Assembly (NCBI GenBank): GCA_019322485.1 | Contig: JAHWIK010000001.1 | Location: 1-54,289 of the forward strand | Source: Candidatus Woesearchaeota archaeon | GTDB lineage: Archaea > Nanobdellota > Nanobdellia > Woesearchaeales > JAHWIC01 | DNA: 54,289 nt | Reading direction: 5' to 3' | Part shown: one piece after another, positions 19,689-30,394 of the stretch | Position numbering within the stretch: position 1 is the stretch's first letter | Layout: every line of letters begins with the position of its first letter | Translations under genes and position numbers: made by a program | Notes under the pieces: generated by a model | Told to the model about the DNA's origin: nothing | The model's database searches: none | Seen by the model: the letters and a program-made list of their open reading frames with translations, nothing else

Positions 19689-19922
19689 ATGAAAAAGAAA
19701 AAAGAACCTTATGTTAAGACATCAAGGAATTCTAGGAGAGATGTTCATAAATACTACTATATGAACGATGTCAAGCGGTTTGCTGTTAAGGGCGGCAGAT
19801 GCCATAGATGCGGAAAGATAACTGATGCCTTCTGTGATAAATGCGGCAAATGGGTGTGCAAGACTCATTCTTCTAAGCCAGATAAGGAAGATTATCTCTG
19901 TTATTGTTTGGGCTGCAGGTAG
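19689..19922 (+). CDS. Small Cys-rich zinc-finger protein (hypothetical).
   Basis: 77 aa with CHRCGK...CDKCGKWVC...CYCLGC. Confidence 0.45.
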   Translation: MKKKKEPYVKTSRNSRRDVHKYYYMNDVKRFAVKGGRCHRCGKITDAFCDKCGKWVCKTHSSKPDKEDYLCYCLGCR

Positions 19923-19968
19923 TAACTTTTGGATAGTAAATCTTATAAACTTTTGACAATTCTATACC

Positions 19969-21090
19969 TTGAAGATGGTATATCACAGAAAGCCAGGAAC
20001 AGAATATGTATCCAAAAAGAGATTAGAAGCTGAGGCTTTGAGTAGATACCAAGCAGTTACCAAAAGAATAGAAGATGAGCTTGGACAGCCTGCTTTGGAA
20101 GCAGCAGGCAGGATAAGGGCAGGAACCCATACTATTGATGATGTCTTTCTGTATGGGAACAGGCTGAAGAAGGTATTCGTAGGAACTGGCACTGAGCAGG
20201 TTCTTAGGCATAATTGGCCAGGGATAATTAAGTATTCTGACTCAGCATCAAATGCCGCACCTTTTCTTGTTTCTGACCTTGAAACCAGCATATCAACAGG
20301 GACTACCTATTCTAATGCAGTGCATGGGCTGAGTGTTATTGATGATAGATTTAGTGAAAAACTGGTTGATGTTTTTAGGGGGACATTATACGGAAAAAAG
20401 GCTGATGGCAGCTATAATGTTGCTTTCCCTGCATTATTAACTGCGCTATGGATGCTCAAGGATTTGAGGCCAACTACCTACAAAAACTCTGTTAATGCAG
20501 CCAAGTGGACAGCTCTTCTGGGAGAGGCTGTGAATGCAAACGAGGATATTGGCTTTAGGATTGATATAAGGGAATTATTTATTTATGCACTAGTGCAGAA
20601 TATAGGAATGCTTGATCCTGAGATGCCTTTGGAAGTGCCGGGCAAGGTTTTCAGTGCTGAAGAAAAATCATCCTTGGCTTATCATGGGCCAAAGGGCATC
20701 CAAGTTCTAGATGAATTGGGATTCAATAAGACTTATGCTCTTGCAAATGTAGTAGGATTTCATAGTTCTCCCAGGCAGTACCAGTTTACAGATTTTGAAC
20801 AGCTTATAGCAGCAGAGATTGCATTAAATTCAGGCGCAGAATCTTTTGAAGGAATGTTTTTCAAGAGAGAGCACAGGCCAAAGCAGATGACTCATTTAGA
20901 GGTTGTTGGAGAGATAGGAGGGCAGTTCTTTACTGAGAAGGAGCTGGCTGAGCTGCAGGCTGTTTTTAGGAAAGGCTATACCTGCAGTGCAAAATTAGCC
21001 AGGAAGTATCCGTTCCTTCCCGCTTTCCAGAGGATTAGGCTGGTTGTTGGCGATTTGGACAAACAACTGGAACAGCAGAGAAAACATTAG
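19969..21090 (+). CDS. Hypothetical protein of 373 aa with no recognised family. It looks locally GC-richer than its neighbours.
   Basis: Long ORF with no motif I can assign. Confidence 0.5.
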   Translation: MKMVYHRKPGTEYVSKKRLEAEALSRYQAVTKRIEDELGQPALEAAGRIRAGTHTIDDVFLYGNRLKKVFVGTGTEQVLRHNWPGIIKYSDSASNAAPFLVSDLETSISTGTTYSNAVHGLSVIDDRFSEKLVDVFRGTLYGKKADGSYNVAFPALLTALWMLKDLRPTTYKNSVNAAKWTALLGEAVNANEDIGFRIDIRELFIYALVQNIGMLDPEMPLEVPGKVFSAEEKSSLAYHGPKGIQVLDELGFNKTYALANVVGFHSSPRQYQFTDFEQLIAAEIALNSGAESFEGMFFKREHRPKQMTHLEVVGEIGGQFFTEKELAELQAVFRKGYTCSAKLARKYPFLPAFQRIRLVVGDLDKQLEQQRKH

Positions 21091-21167
21091 AAACCTATGG
21101 AAATTGAAAAGATTTCCAAGGTTCTGAAATTGCCAGGCAATTTCAGAAACTTTTATATACTTTCTAT

Positions 21168-22460
21168 TTGAACTTTAATCTTAAAATGGTAGTTAATATT
21201 GGATTGATTGGAATTGGGACTATAGGCTCTGGGGTAGTTAAGATACTGAAGAAGAATTCTAAAACAATAGAGAAACGCTCTGGGGTAAAGCTGAACCTGA
21301 AGAAGGTTTGCGACTTAAACCATAAAGCAGCTAAAAAGCTGGGAATTCCAAGTTCAAAGCTGACAAAAAAGGTAGATGATGTTGTTAATGATCCTGAGAT
21401 TGATATTGTGATAGAACTGATAGGCGGCTATGAGCCAGCAAGGACATTTATCCTAAAAGCAATGAAAAAGGGGAAGCATGTTGTAACTGCCAATAAGGCT
21501 GTTATTGCAAAGCACGGCCCTGAGCTGTTCAAGGCAGCTGAAAAGAACAAGGTTAATTTCTGTTTTGAGGCAGCTGTTGGAGGCTGCATCCCAATACTTA
21601 AGGCTTTGAAGGAAAGCTATGTTGCTGATAATATTAACTCTATCTATGGTATTGTGAATGGAACAACCAACTATATCTTAACAAGAATGAATGAAGGGAT
21701 GAGCTATGAGGAGGCTTTGAAAAAAGCACAGCAATTAGGCTTTGCAGAAGCTAATCCAGCATTTGATGTGGAAGGAAAGGATGCTGCGCAGAAGCTTGTT
21801 ATCCTGTCTTCGTTGTCATTCAATTCAAGGATTAATGATGATATATTTACAGATGGCATAACTAAGGTAAGCAAGAATGACCTTAAGTATGCCCAGGAGC
21901 TTGGCTATACTATCAAGCTTTTGGCTATAGCAAAAAAGGATGATGGAAAGATTGAGTTAAGGGTACATCCAACAATGATTCCAATAAAGCATGAGCTTGC
22001 TTCTGTTAGCAACGAATTAAACGCAGTATATATTGCAGGAGAGAGTATAGGCAAGGCAATGTTGTACGGAAAGGGGGCTGGCCAGCTGCCAACAGCTACT
22101 GTTGTATTGGGGGATGCTGTTGATATTGGAAAGAGACTTAGCAAGATAGTTGTTAACCCTATGAGCTATTTCAGCAATTCCAAGCTGAAGAAGATGGATG
22201 AGATAAGGTCAAGATATTACTTAAGATATTCTGCTGCTGACAAGCCAGGTGTATTAGCAAAGATATCTGGGATTCTTGGGAAGAATAAGATAAGCATTGC
22301 AGGGGTATGGCAGATGGAAGTGGATAAGAAGGTTGTTCCTGTAATAATGACAACTCACGAAGCTTTAGAAAGAGACCTGCAAAAAGCCATCAAAGAGATA
22401 AACAGGCTTGATGTTATTAAGGATAAGACAGTTGTTATAAGAATAGAGAATATAAGTTAA
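21168..22460 (+). CDS. hom: Homoserine dehydrogenase with a C-terminal ACT domain.
   Basis: NAD-binding NIGLIGIGTIGSGV, a central AAVGGCIPIL-type catalytic region, and a C-terminal ACT-like segment. The true start may be the internal Met at about 21186. Confidence 0.85.
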   Translation: MNFNLKMVVNIGLIGIGTIGSGVVKILKKNSKTIEKRSGVKLNLKKVCDLNHKAAKKLGIPSSKLTKKVDDVVNDPEIDIVIELIGGYEPARTFILKAMKKGKHVVTANKAVIAKHGPELFKAAEKNKVNFCFEAAVGGCIPILKALKESYVADNINSIYGIVNGTTNYILTRMNEGMSYEEALKKAQQLGFAEANPAFDVEGKDAAQKLVILSSLSFNSRINDDIFTDGITKVSKNDLKYAQELGYTIKLLAIAKKDDGKIELRVHPTMIPIKHELASVSNELNAVYIAGESIGKAMLYGKGAGQLPTATVVLGDAVDIGKRLSKIVVNPMSYFSNSKLKKMDEIRSRYYLRYSAADKPGVLAKISGILGKNKISIAGVWQMEVDKKVVPVIMTTHEALERDLQKAIKEINRLDVIKDKTVVIRIENIS

Positions 22461-22480
22461 AGTTTGGGGGGGCAATTAGA

Positions 22481-22978
22481 ATGTTTGTAAACAGATATGA
22501 AAATATCTTTGATATAAAGTTTAACTGGAGAACAGCAAGCCTGCTTTGCTTTTTGGCTGTGTTCCCGAATGTGCTTGGAGCCTTGCACACAACTGTGTGG
22601 GGCGTTAGGATACACTTCTTCCAATACCTTATATTCTTAGCTGCTATAATATACGGCCCTGTTGGAGGGGCAGTATCAGGAGCTTTTGGCTCTGTTTACA
22701 CAGCAATGGCTCTGCATAACCCTTACATTATTGTGGGGAATGTCATTCTTGGAGCAACAGTTGGCTTACTCATTAAGAGATTTAATTTTCACGTGATTTC
22801 TGCTGTTTTGACAGCTTATCTTATACAAATGCCTTGGTTATGGCTAACAGATATCTATTTAGCAGGGATGCCTATGAAGGTTGTGAACAGCATTGTTGTT
22901 GCTTTGCTGGTTAGCGATTTGCTGTGGGGCTCTGTTGCTTTGTTTACTTGGAAGAAGATTAGGGCTATTGTGTCTTAA
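22481..22978 (+). CDS. Membrane protein, possibly an ECF-transporter S-component-like substrate-binding subunit.
   Basis: 165 aa, five or six TM helices, Gly-rich helices. Family assignment is tentative. Confidence 0.35.
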   Translation: MFVNRYENIFDIKFNWRTASLLCFLAVFPNVLGALHTTVWGVRIHFFQYLIFLAAIIYGPVGGAVSGAFGSVYTAMALHNPYIIVGNVILGATVGLLIKRFNFHVISAVLTAYLIQMPWLWLTDIYLAGMPMKVVNSIVVALLVSDLLWGSVALFTWKKIRAIVS

Positions 22979-23125
22979 TCAATAAAAAACTTCATTAGAA
23001 ACAAAAAATAAATATGATTTTTGCCTTAAGTCTACTATAAAGCAAAAATCGTCTACAGTGTTTCTAAAGAACCAAACTAAGATGAAAATTCCTTTACAGA
23101 GGTTGTGAAAGGAATTTTCAGATTT
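22977..23125 (+). repeat. Copy B of the conserved three-hairpin intergenic element.
   Basis: aaataaatatGATTTTTGCC-(17-nt loop)-GCAAAAATCgtc ... GATGAAAATTCCTTTacagaggttgtgAAAGGAATTTTCagattt. It ends 18 nt before the ATG at 23144. Confidence 0.65.
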
Positions 23126-23143
23126 AATTGATATTTTTCAAAA

Positions 23144-23527
23144 ATGAAAAAGCTCACTAAGAAACAAATTACGGATAAGGTAAAAAAAATAGATTTCCCA
23201 AACTTTGACTTAATCATAGCTATAAACCGGGGCGGCTTAAATCCAGCTAAAATCCTGGCTAAACACCTCAAACTGAAAATCAAAACAATCCATATCAATT
23301 ACAGGGATGAAACTCATGCTCCAAAATACAAGAATCCAAAACTGATTAAAACAATAAAAATCAAAAACAAAAAAATATTATTGGTTGATGATGTTTCCAG
23401 AACAGGAAAGACATTAAGAACTGCAAAAAAACTATTAAAAGAAAATAAGGTAAAAACATTTGTTATTAACGGAAAAGCAGATTATTCCTTGTACAACTGC
23501 AAAGAGTGCTTTAAGTTTCCTTGGTAA
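23144..23527 (+). CDS. Small phosphoribosyltransferase-domain protein.
   Basis: PRPP-binding motif KILLVDDVSRTGKTL. Only 127 aa. Confidence 0.55.
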   Translation: MKKLTKKQITDKVKKIDFPNFDLIIAINRGGLNPAKILAKHLKLKIKTIHINYRDETHAPKYKNPKLIKTIKIKNKKILLVDDVSRTGKTLRTAKKLLKENKVKTFVINGKADYSLYNCKECFKFPW

Positions 23528-24850
23528 CTACTTAAAATACTCACTATGCAAAGCCTGTACTGCTTTGTCTGCTTCATCATCATCTACTATAAAGCTGACA
23601 TTGATTTCTGAAGCGCCCTGCGATATCATCTCAACATTAACCTTTGCTTTGCCTAGGGTTGTGAATATCTTTCCAGCTATTCCAGGAATATGATACATGC
23701 CCTCTCCAACAACACAGACAATTGCTTTGCCTTTCTCTACCTTGACATCAGCAATCTCCTTTAGCTGCTCTGCAATCTGGTCCATGCTTTCTTCCTTATC
23801 AACAGTTAGAGATATGCTTGCTTCTGAGGTTGCTATCATGTCAATGCTTTTTGCGTAGTCTTCAAAGATGTCAAATACTCTGGCCAAAAATCCATGCGCG
23901 CCAATCATCCTTGTGGAGACTATACTAACTAGCAGGACGCTCTTCTTGCAGGCTATTGCCTTTATGACTTCTTTGGATTTCTCAGATTTGCGCACAATCA
24001 CAGTTCCTTTATGTGTAGGCTCGTATGTATTGAGAACCCTAACAGGAATATCCTTCTTCATTGCAGGTATGATTGTTTTTGGATGCAGAACCTTGGCACC
24101 AAAGTAAGCAAGCTCTGAGGCTTCTGCAAAGCTAATCTGAGGTATTGTTTTTGCTTCCTTTATAACTCTGGGGTCAGATGTCATGACACCATTAACATCA
24201 GTCCATATCTGTATCTCTTCGGAACCTACAGCTGCGCCTATTATTGCTGCTGTATAATCAGAGCCTCCCCTGCCTAGGGTAGCTACAGTACCTTCTGGTG
24301 TTTTCCCGATAAATCCAGTTACTATCGGCACTAGATCAAGCTTTTTGACATGGTCATCTATCTTTTTGTAGGAATCATTTAAAGGCTCTGCCTTTCCAAA
24401 GTTAGCGTTTGTTATCATGCCAATATCCCATGCATCAAAGGCCTGAGCTTTAACACCGATGCTATTCAGGTGTGCTGCAACGAGCTTAGAAGACATACGC
24501 TCTCCAAAGGACTGAACAAGGTCCATGGCCTGGGTAGAGGCTTCGCTTGCCTCTTCAATATCCTCTATAACCTGCCTGAATTCATCAAGATTTTTCTTAA
24601 CAATGTCTTTATCAAGATTTAGGTCTGCTATAATCTGGTCATGCTTATCACCGATTTCCTTGAGCAGGTTTGAGGTGTTTTCTCCGTCAACTGCAGCATT
24701 AGCTGTTTCAATTAATTTGTCAGTTATACCTTTGACTGCAGAGACAACTACAACAGGCTTTTTATCCAGCCTTGACTTTACAATATTAGCTACATCTTTG
24801 ATTTTTTCTGCATTTGCTACAGAGCTTCCGCCGAACTTCATTACAATCAT
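23528..24850 (-). CDS. lysC: Aspartate kinase (aspartokinase) with tandem ACT domains.
   Basis: MIVMKFGGSSVANAEKI N-terminus, amino-acid-kinase fold motifs and a C-terminal ACT pair. 440 aa. Confidence 0.9.
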   Translation of the reverse strand: MIVMKFGGSSVANAEKIKDVANIVKSRLDKKPVVVVSAVKGITDKLIETANAAVDGENTSNLLKEIGDKHDQIIADLNLDKDIVKKNLDEFRQVIEDIEEASEASTQAMDLVQSFGERMSSKLVAAHLNSIGVKAQAFDAWDIGMITNANFGKAEPLNDSYKKIDDHVKKLDLVPIVTGFIGKTPEGTVATLGRGGSDYTAAIIGAAVGSEEIQIWTDVNGVMTSDPRVIKEAKTIPQISFAEASELAYFGAKVLHPKTIIPAMKKDIPVRVLNTYEPTHKGTVIVRKSEKSKEVIKAIACKKSVLLVSIVSTRMIGAHGFLARVFDIFEDYAKSIDMIATSEASISLTVDKEESMDQIAEQLKEIADVKVEKGKAIVCVVGEGMYHIPGIAGKIFTTLGKAKVNVEMISQGASEINVSFIVDDDEADKAVQALHSEYFK

Positions 24851-24918
24851 TTATTATCACCTTTCCCTCGAGATTAAATCCTCATTTAAAAACATTGTGT
24901 TACTATTAGAACAAAAAA

Positions 24919-26256
24919 CTAAGGTAACTCACTAGCTAGAACAATGACCTGATTTGCGCCTTTCTTAGCAGTAAAAACCAGCTTTCCATCAACTTCAGTT
25001 ATAGCAGAGCCGATGCCTGTGTATTCTTTCCCTATCTCCTGGCCGTCATAAACTATATATCTACTGAGTAGGCCTTCACTAAAAACAATGACCATCTTAT
25101 TATTGACCTCATGTAAAGAAGAGATTCTTCTCTGACCTTCACCAAGCTGCCCTCCACCGAACTCTTTCCCAATCTCCTGTCCATCATAAACTATCAAACG
25201 TCCTTTTTCTTTATTCATTACCATAAAAGCAACCTTATCATCAATTTCAATTATATAGTTGTCAAATAAATGAAGACCTTGATTATCATACTCCTTGCCT
25301 AACTCTCGGCCTTCATAAACTATGAACCATCTTGTATCAAAGTCTCCCTCTAATTTGTTGGTTGCTACATAAGCAATCTTGCCATTTACATCTTGTATAT
25401 TGCTTGCATGCGCATATTCCTTGCCCAATTCCCTACCACCATAGACAATAAACGTCTTGTTGTCTTTCTTTGCTGTATAAGCTAATTTGCCGTTTATTCC
25501 AGTTAAGTCAGATACGCTATCATATTCCTTCCCAATCTCCTGTCCATCATAGACAATAAAGTATTCATCACAAATGAACTTGCCTGCACAACCGACTCCT
25601 GCCTTATATGCTGGTTTTTCATTGACATTTACTAGATCAGACACCCTGTCATATCCTGCTTCAATTACCTGTTCGTCAAGAACAACTACTGTATTGCTGC
25701 TTAACTCTTTCTGGGCAATGAATGCAGCCTTTCCGCCAATAGATACTAATGAGAAAGGAAGTATCTTATAATATGACTCTCCCGTATGCCCGTCACTGTA
25801 TACTATGAAATTGTTTTCGTTATCTGTTCTAGCAGCATAAATAAGCTCTCCATTTGCTTCAATTGGATAGAATGCATCCATATATTCTGATCCAACTTCT
25901 TCATACTCCAGGGTCACTTCTTTCTTTTCTTCTTGGAGGGGTATTATTGGTTCTTCAGGCTCTGGCTCTACAGCAGGTTCTTCGCTTAGAACTAATTGAT
26001 TGTTGTTAGTCGGAACTACTCCAATTGTCTTTCCAGAGAATAAAAAATAAGATGCCCCTATGATCATAATCAGAACAACGAGAATTATCACTACAGGTTT
26101 TGCACTTTTTGCTTGTCTTTTGTTGACAAGATTGATAGCTTCATTGACTTCTTTACTATCATATCCTTGCTTTATCAAGTAATCATATAATTGTTTAACA
26201 GTATATCCCTGTGCTTCTTCAGATTTAATATAATCAATCAGTTGTTGGTTGACCAT
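24919..26256 (-). CDS. Single-pass membrane protein. Its N-terminal cytoplasmic module is homologous to that of the giant protein, and its extracellular part carries about seven ~40-aa repeats (FIVYDGQEIGKEYDxVxDLxxVNGKxAY).
   Basis: N-terminus MVNQQLIDYIKSEEAQGYTVKQLYDYLIKQGYDSKEV, then a TM helix, a PEPEEP linker, then the repeats. Confidence 0.6.
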   Translation of the reverse strand: MVNQQLIDYIKSEEAQGYTVKQLYDYLIKQGYDSKEVNEAINLVNKRQAKSAKPVVIILVVLIMIIGASYFLFSGKTIGVVPTNNNQLVLSEEPAVEPEPEEPIIPLQEEKKEVTLEYEEVGSEYMDAFYPIEANGELIYAARTDNENNFIVYSDGHTGESYYKILPFSLVSIGGKAAFIAQKELSSNTVVVLDEQVIEAGYDRVSDLVNVNEKPAYKAGVGCAGKFICDEYFIVYDGQEIGKEYDSVSDLTGINGKLAYTAKKDNKTFIVYGGRELGKEYAHASNIQDVNGKIAYVATNKLEGDFDTRWFIVYEGRELGKEYDNQGLHLFDNYIIEIDDKVAFMVMNKEKGRLIVYDGQEIGKEFGGGQLGEGQRRISSLHEVNNKMVIVFSEGLLSRYIVYDGQEIGKEYTGIGSAITEVDGKLVFTAKKGANQVIVLASELP

Positions 26257-26280
26257 TTTTTATTGCTGCTACAACTTAAC

Positions 26281-27849
26281 TCAAAGCGAATCAAACAATT
26301 TCACAACACGTTCCTTGCCAATAGTCAGGATAAACGGAGCCAGCTTTGGCCCGCGCTCTTTCTCAATCAAAACCAGGTAAGCTGCTTTAAAGAACTGCTT
26401 GTTTTCGATTCCAGTCTGCTTGCAAACCTCGTAGAATTCATTAAACAATTCCTTTTCTTCAAAGTCTTTTTCCTTCAATGCCTTAGCTAGCAGCTTTAAT
26501 GCTTCCTTTTCCTTAGCACCAATCTTGATATTCTTTGGAACTGTCTTCTGCACCCTAAACTTCATATCAGCTGGAGCATACTCGCGAAGCCAGTTTATTG
26601 CGCATTGAGCACGGATATTAAAGCGCTTTTCATCGTTTTTATTTGCCAGCTCTGCCTTGTAGTGCTTTGCTGCTTCTTTCATGTCATTCTCGTATATCTG
26701 CACAACATTTGTCAGGTGCCTGAAAGAAGGCTGGTAAGGCATATTCCTTGGCACTGCAGCAGGACAAGAAAGCTCGTAAATCCTACTTTGCTTGGCTTTT
26801 TCTTTCTCATTAGCTTCATGCTCATTAAAGTATATGCGCTCACACTTGTCAAAGTCTTCATAGTTTTTTATGACATCCAAATCAAATGATATTGAAAATT
26901 CGGCATTTGGACGGGTTCCAGCAAATAACCAACGAACTAGCTCTGGCTCATAAATCTCGAGTACATCTTTTGGAGAAAAGGCATTTCCTGTTGAGCCTGA
27001 CATCTTTCCGCCAACACCTTTTACACCAATAAAATCATACATCTGGTAGATAGGTTCTTTTTCATTAAACACAGCATTAACAATTTCAACTCCTGTTGTG
27101 CGAGAGCTTCCAGTAGTAGAATGGTCTTTTCCGCCAGGCTCAAAGTCAACCTTTTCGTGTGCCCATCTCATTGGCCAGTCTACACGCCAAGGCAGTTTAA
27201 CAATCCCTTTCTTGCTGAAATCAACCTCTGCTTTATTCCCACATTTGCAGACATATTCAATCTTGTAGTTTCCATCGTAAAAAACAACCTGAGTATCATC
27301 ACGCTTGCATTTCTCACAATAAACATGTAATGGATACCAATTCTCTGACAAATGCTCTTTTCTGTACTTGTTGAGAATCTCCATAACCTTTTTGCGTTCA
27401 TTCATTGCTTTCTTTATTCCATCCTTATATTCGCACTTCTTGTATTTCTCAGACTGTCTTATGAATTCAACATCAAATCCTAGGCCGGCAATGCTGTCCT
27501 CAAGCTCTTTCTCGAAATGCTCTGCATAGCTTTTATGGCACCCAAAAGGGTCAGGAATATCAGAATAAGGCATTCCGATATATTTCTTGAACTCAGCAGG
27601 AACACCAGCAGGCACTTTACGCATTCTATCAAAATCATCCCAGGAATAGATAAACCTAACCTGTTTGCCTTTGTCCTTCAATGCCCTTACAACTAAATCA
27701 GTTGTTATAATCTCACGAAAATTGCCTATATGAATTGTTCCAGAAGGACTAATGCCAGATGCACAGACATATTTGCTTTTGTCTCCTCTTTGGTGTATAA
27801 CTCTTTCTGCAATTGAGTCTGCCCAGTGCTTTACTTTATTATCTGCCAT
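26281..27849 (-). CDS. lysS: Lysyl-tRNA synthetase, class I (archaeal type).
   Basis: HIGH-type motif PSGTIHIGNFRE and KMSKS-like GKMSGSTGN. 522 aa. Confidence 0.9.
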   Translation of the reverse strand: MADNKVKHWADSIAERVIHQRGDKSKYVCASGISPSGTIHIGNFREIITTDLVVRALKDKGKQVRFIYSWDDFDRMRKVPAGVPAEFKKYIGMPYSDIPDPFGCHKSYAEHFEKELEDSIAGLGFDVEFIRQSEKYKKCEYKDGIKKAMNERKKVMEILNKYRKEHLSENWYPLHVYCEKCKRDDTQVVFYDGNYKIEYVCKCGNKAEVDFSKKGIVKLPWRVDWPMRWAHEKVDFEPGGKDHSTTGSSRTTGVEIVNAVFNEKEPIYQMYDFIGVKGVGGKMSGSTGNAFSPKDVLEIYEPELVRWLFAGTRPNAEFSISFDLDVIKNYEDFDKCERIYFNEHEANEKEKAKQSRIYELSCPAAVPRNMPYQPSFRHLTNVVQIYENDMKEAAKHYKAELANKNDEKRFNIRAQCAINWLREYAPADMKFRVQKTVPKNIKIGAKEKEALKLLAKALKEKDFEEKELFNEFYEVCKQTGIENKQFFKAAYLVLIEKERGPKLAPFILTIGKERVVKLFDSL

Positions 27850-27885
27850 AGGACAATAAATAAGAAGTCTGTTTAAATATTTTAC

Positions 27886-29061
27886 TCAAAACTTAAGATT
27901 CTTAATCCTTTCAGCAGCTTTCCTGCAGTCTTCCAGGGTTGGAACTAATGCAAACCTTACATAGCATTCTCCTGGGTTTACACCATTGGCTTTTGTTGAT
28001 ATCCATGCGCCTGGGGTTGTGACTACAGCAACATCTTTGTCCAGTAATTTTTTTGCAAAGTCAACACAGCTGGTTCCATCAGGGGCTTTCTGCCAGATGT
28101 ACAAGGTAGCTCTTGGTGTGCAGTCTTTCAAGCCTGCAGCCATTAGTGCTTCTATCATTATATCGCGTTTTTTCTTGTACTCAGCCCTTGCAGACTCTAC
28201 ATGAGACTCATCCTTTAAAGCTGCAGCAGCTGCATCCTGTATAAATGTAGCAGTCCCGCTATCAATATTTGTCTTTACTTTCTTGAAAACATTAATTATG
28301 TTCTCGTCACCAGCTAGCCAGCCAACCCTATAGCATGTCATACTGCTTCTTTTTGAAAGGCTTTGGACTGCAACAACACCTTCTTTGGTCAGCTCTAGAA
28401 TTGATAATGGCTTTTCATCAAAGTAGATTTCTGTATAGCATTCATCTGAAGCAATGACTATATCATTATCATGGCCAAAATCAATTACTTCTTTTAGGAA
28501 TCCCTTTGTTGCTAGGGCTGATGTTGGGTTATTAGGATAGTTAATCCAGAGTACTTTTGATTTCTTTACAATGTCATTCGGGATACTACCCAAGTCAGGA
28601 AGGAAATTGTTCTCTTCTGTGAGATTGAGGAAATAGGGCTTTCCTTCTGCAAACAAGGTGCCTCTCTCATATGGAGGATATCCTGGATTTGGCATTAAGA
28701 CTATATCACCCGGATTAACAAACCCTTCATGGAAGTTAAATACAGATTCTTTTGCACCAATACTGGAGGAAACCTCAGTATCAGGATTAAGCTTTACTCC
28801 AAATCTTTTCTTTGTCCAGTTTGCAATAGTTTCTCTATACTCCTGAGTACCGATATAACTAGGATAACCAGAGCTTTTGCGCTCATCAAGTGCCTTCTTG
28901 CATGCTGCTCTAACTAACTCAGGTGTAGGGCTTTTTGGGTCACCAACACCAAAGTCTATTGGACTTATACCTAGCTTTTTCAGCTTGGCTACTTCATTAT
29001 CTACATCAGCAAATGCGTAGCTTCCGATTGAACTTATCCTGTTAGATGCTTCTATTTTCAT
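27886..29061 (-). CDS. dapL: Class I/II PLP aminotransferase, probably LL-diaminopimelate aminotransferase given its operon context.
   Basis: Lys-containing SLSKRSSMTCYRVGW motif. It sits between lysA and lysS and overlaps the lysA stop (ATGA-type coupling). Confidence 0.6.
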   Translation of the reverse strand: MKIEASNRISSIGSYAFADVDNEVAKLKKLGISPIDFGVGDPKSPTPELVRAACKKALDERKSSGYPSYIGTQEYRETIANWTKKRFGVKLNPDTEVSSSIGAKESVFNFHEGFVNPGDIVLMPNPGYPPYERGTLFAEGKPYFLNLTEENNFLPDLGSIPNDIVKKSKVLWINYPNNPTSALATKGFLKEVIDFGHDNDIVIASDECYTEIYFDEKPLSILELTKEGVVAVQSLSKRSSMTCYRVGWLAGDENIINVFKKVKTNIDSGTATFIQDAAAAALKDESHVESARAEYKKKRDIMIEALMAAGLKDCTPRATLYIWQKAPDGTSCVDFAKKLLDKDVAVVTTPGAWISTKANGVNPGECYVRFALVPTLEDCRKAAERIKNLKF

Positions 29062-30341
29062 TTCAACCTCTTAGGTACAATTACATTCTTATAGATATCA
29101 TAAATAGTTTCCCTTTCCCTTATTACTTCAGCTTTTCCATCATTAACCAAAACCTCAGCTGCTCTTGGACGTGTGTTGTAGTGTGAAGACATTGAAAATC
29201 CATATGCACCTGCATTTAAGACAGCAAGCAGGTCGCCTTCTTCAATAGCTGGCATAAGCCTGTCTTTTGCAAGCTGGTCTGTGTTCTCGCAAACAGGCCC
29301 TACAATATTCACCTTTTCAGTTGGCTTTTCATTTAGTTTATTTGCAACAACAATCTGATGATATGCATCATACAGCATTGGCCTTAACAGGGTATTCATT
29401 CCTGCATCTACTCCAATAAAATGCTTATATGCTTCTTTGATTGAATGGACTCTTGTTAAAAGCACTGATGAATCGCAGACAATAAATCTTCCTGGCTCCA
29501 TCATCAGGGTTGGATTGCCTAAGTCAAGCTCTTTTACCTTTTTTCCAAAGACCTCTGCCACTTTTTTTGCTGCTGCTTCTACATCAAGGTCATGCTCACC
29601 AGGCTCATAACTGACGCCCAGGCCGCCGCCTATATCAATGATTTCAAACTCTATCCCAAGCTCTTTTCTTATGTTTCCTGCAATATCCAGGAGCTTTGAA
29701 GAGGCCTCCTCAAAGTAGTTTGGATCAGTAACACAGCTTCCAGTCATCATATGCATTCCAAATCTTTTAACGCCAGCTTCTTTTGCAATCCTATAGGCTT
29801 CCAGGGCATTATTTTCTATTATCCCAAATTTAGCATCTTCGCCAGCAAACACAAGACCTTTTATAGAGCCTCCTGAGATGCCTGGGTTTATCCTGAAGCT
29901 TATGAATTCAGGCACACCAAATTTCAATAGTCTTTTTACCTGGGAGATTCCTTCCAGATTAATCTTAACCCCTGCTTTTAGGGCGTATGCCAGTTCTTCA
30001 TTCCTATGATATACCCCTGAGTATAAAATCTCATCAGGCTTAGCACCTGCTTCCAAAGCCAGGTGGATTTCTTCAGGAGCTGCAGCATCAAAGCCGTCTG
30101 CCTCCTGCTTTATGATTTTAAGTATAGCAAGATTATTATTGGCTTTAACAGCATAGTACATCTTAAAGTTAGGATAGTATCTATTGAAAGCAGCCTTTAC
30201 CCTCTTTACATTATCTCTTATTCGCTTTTCAGAATAGACATACAAAGGGGTATCGAATTCCTTGGCTAACTCTAGAGCATTAGCTCCTTCAATGTAGAGT
30301 ATTCCTTTTCTGTTTTCCAAGGGTTCTTTTATTTCGTACAT
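29058..30341 (-). CDS. lysA: Diaminopimelate decarboxylase.
   Basis: Fold-III PLP decarboxylase motifs (YAVKANNN, GGGLG, and C-terminal EPGR/CDS residues) within a dap cluster. 427 aa. Confidence 0.85.
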   Translation of the reverse strand: MYEIKEPLENRKGILYIEGANALELAKEFDTPLYVYSEKRIRDNVKRVKAAFNRYYPNFKMYYAVKANNNLAILKIIKQEADGFDAAAPEEIHLALEAGAKPDEILYSGVYHRNEELAYALKAGVKINLEGISQVKRLLKFGVPEFISFRINPGISGGSIKGLVFAGEDAKFGIIENNALEAYRIAKEAGVKRFGMHMMTGSCVTDPNYFEEASSKLLDIAGNIRKELGIEFEIIDIGGGLGVSYEPGEHDLDVEAAAKKVAEVFGKKVKELDLGNPTLMMEPGRFIVCDSSVLLTRVHSIKEAYKHFIGVDAGMNTLLRPMLYDAYHQIVVANKLNEKPTEKVNIVGPVCENTDQLAKDRLMPAIEEGDLLAVLNAGAYGFSMSSHYNTRPRAAEVLVNDGKAEVIRERETIYDIYKNVIVPKRLK

Positions 30342-30394
30342 TTAAACCGCATTCCTTTATTTACCATTTTATCATAATAGTATATAAAATTAAC

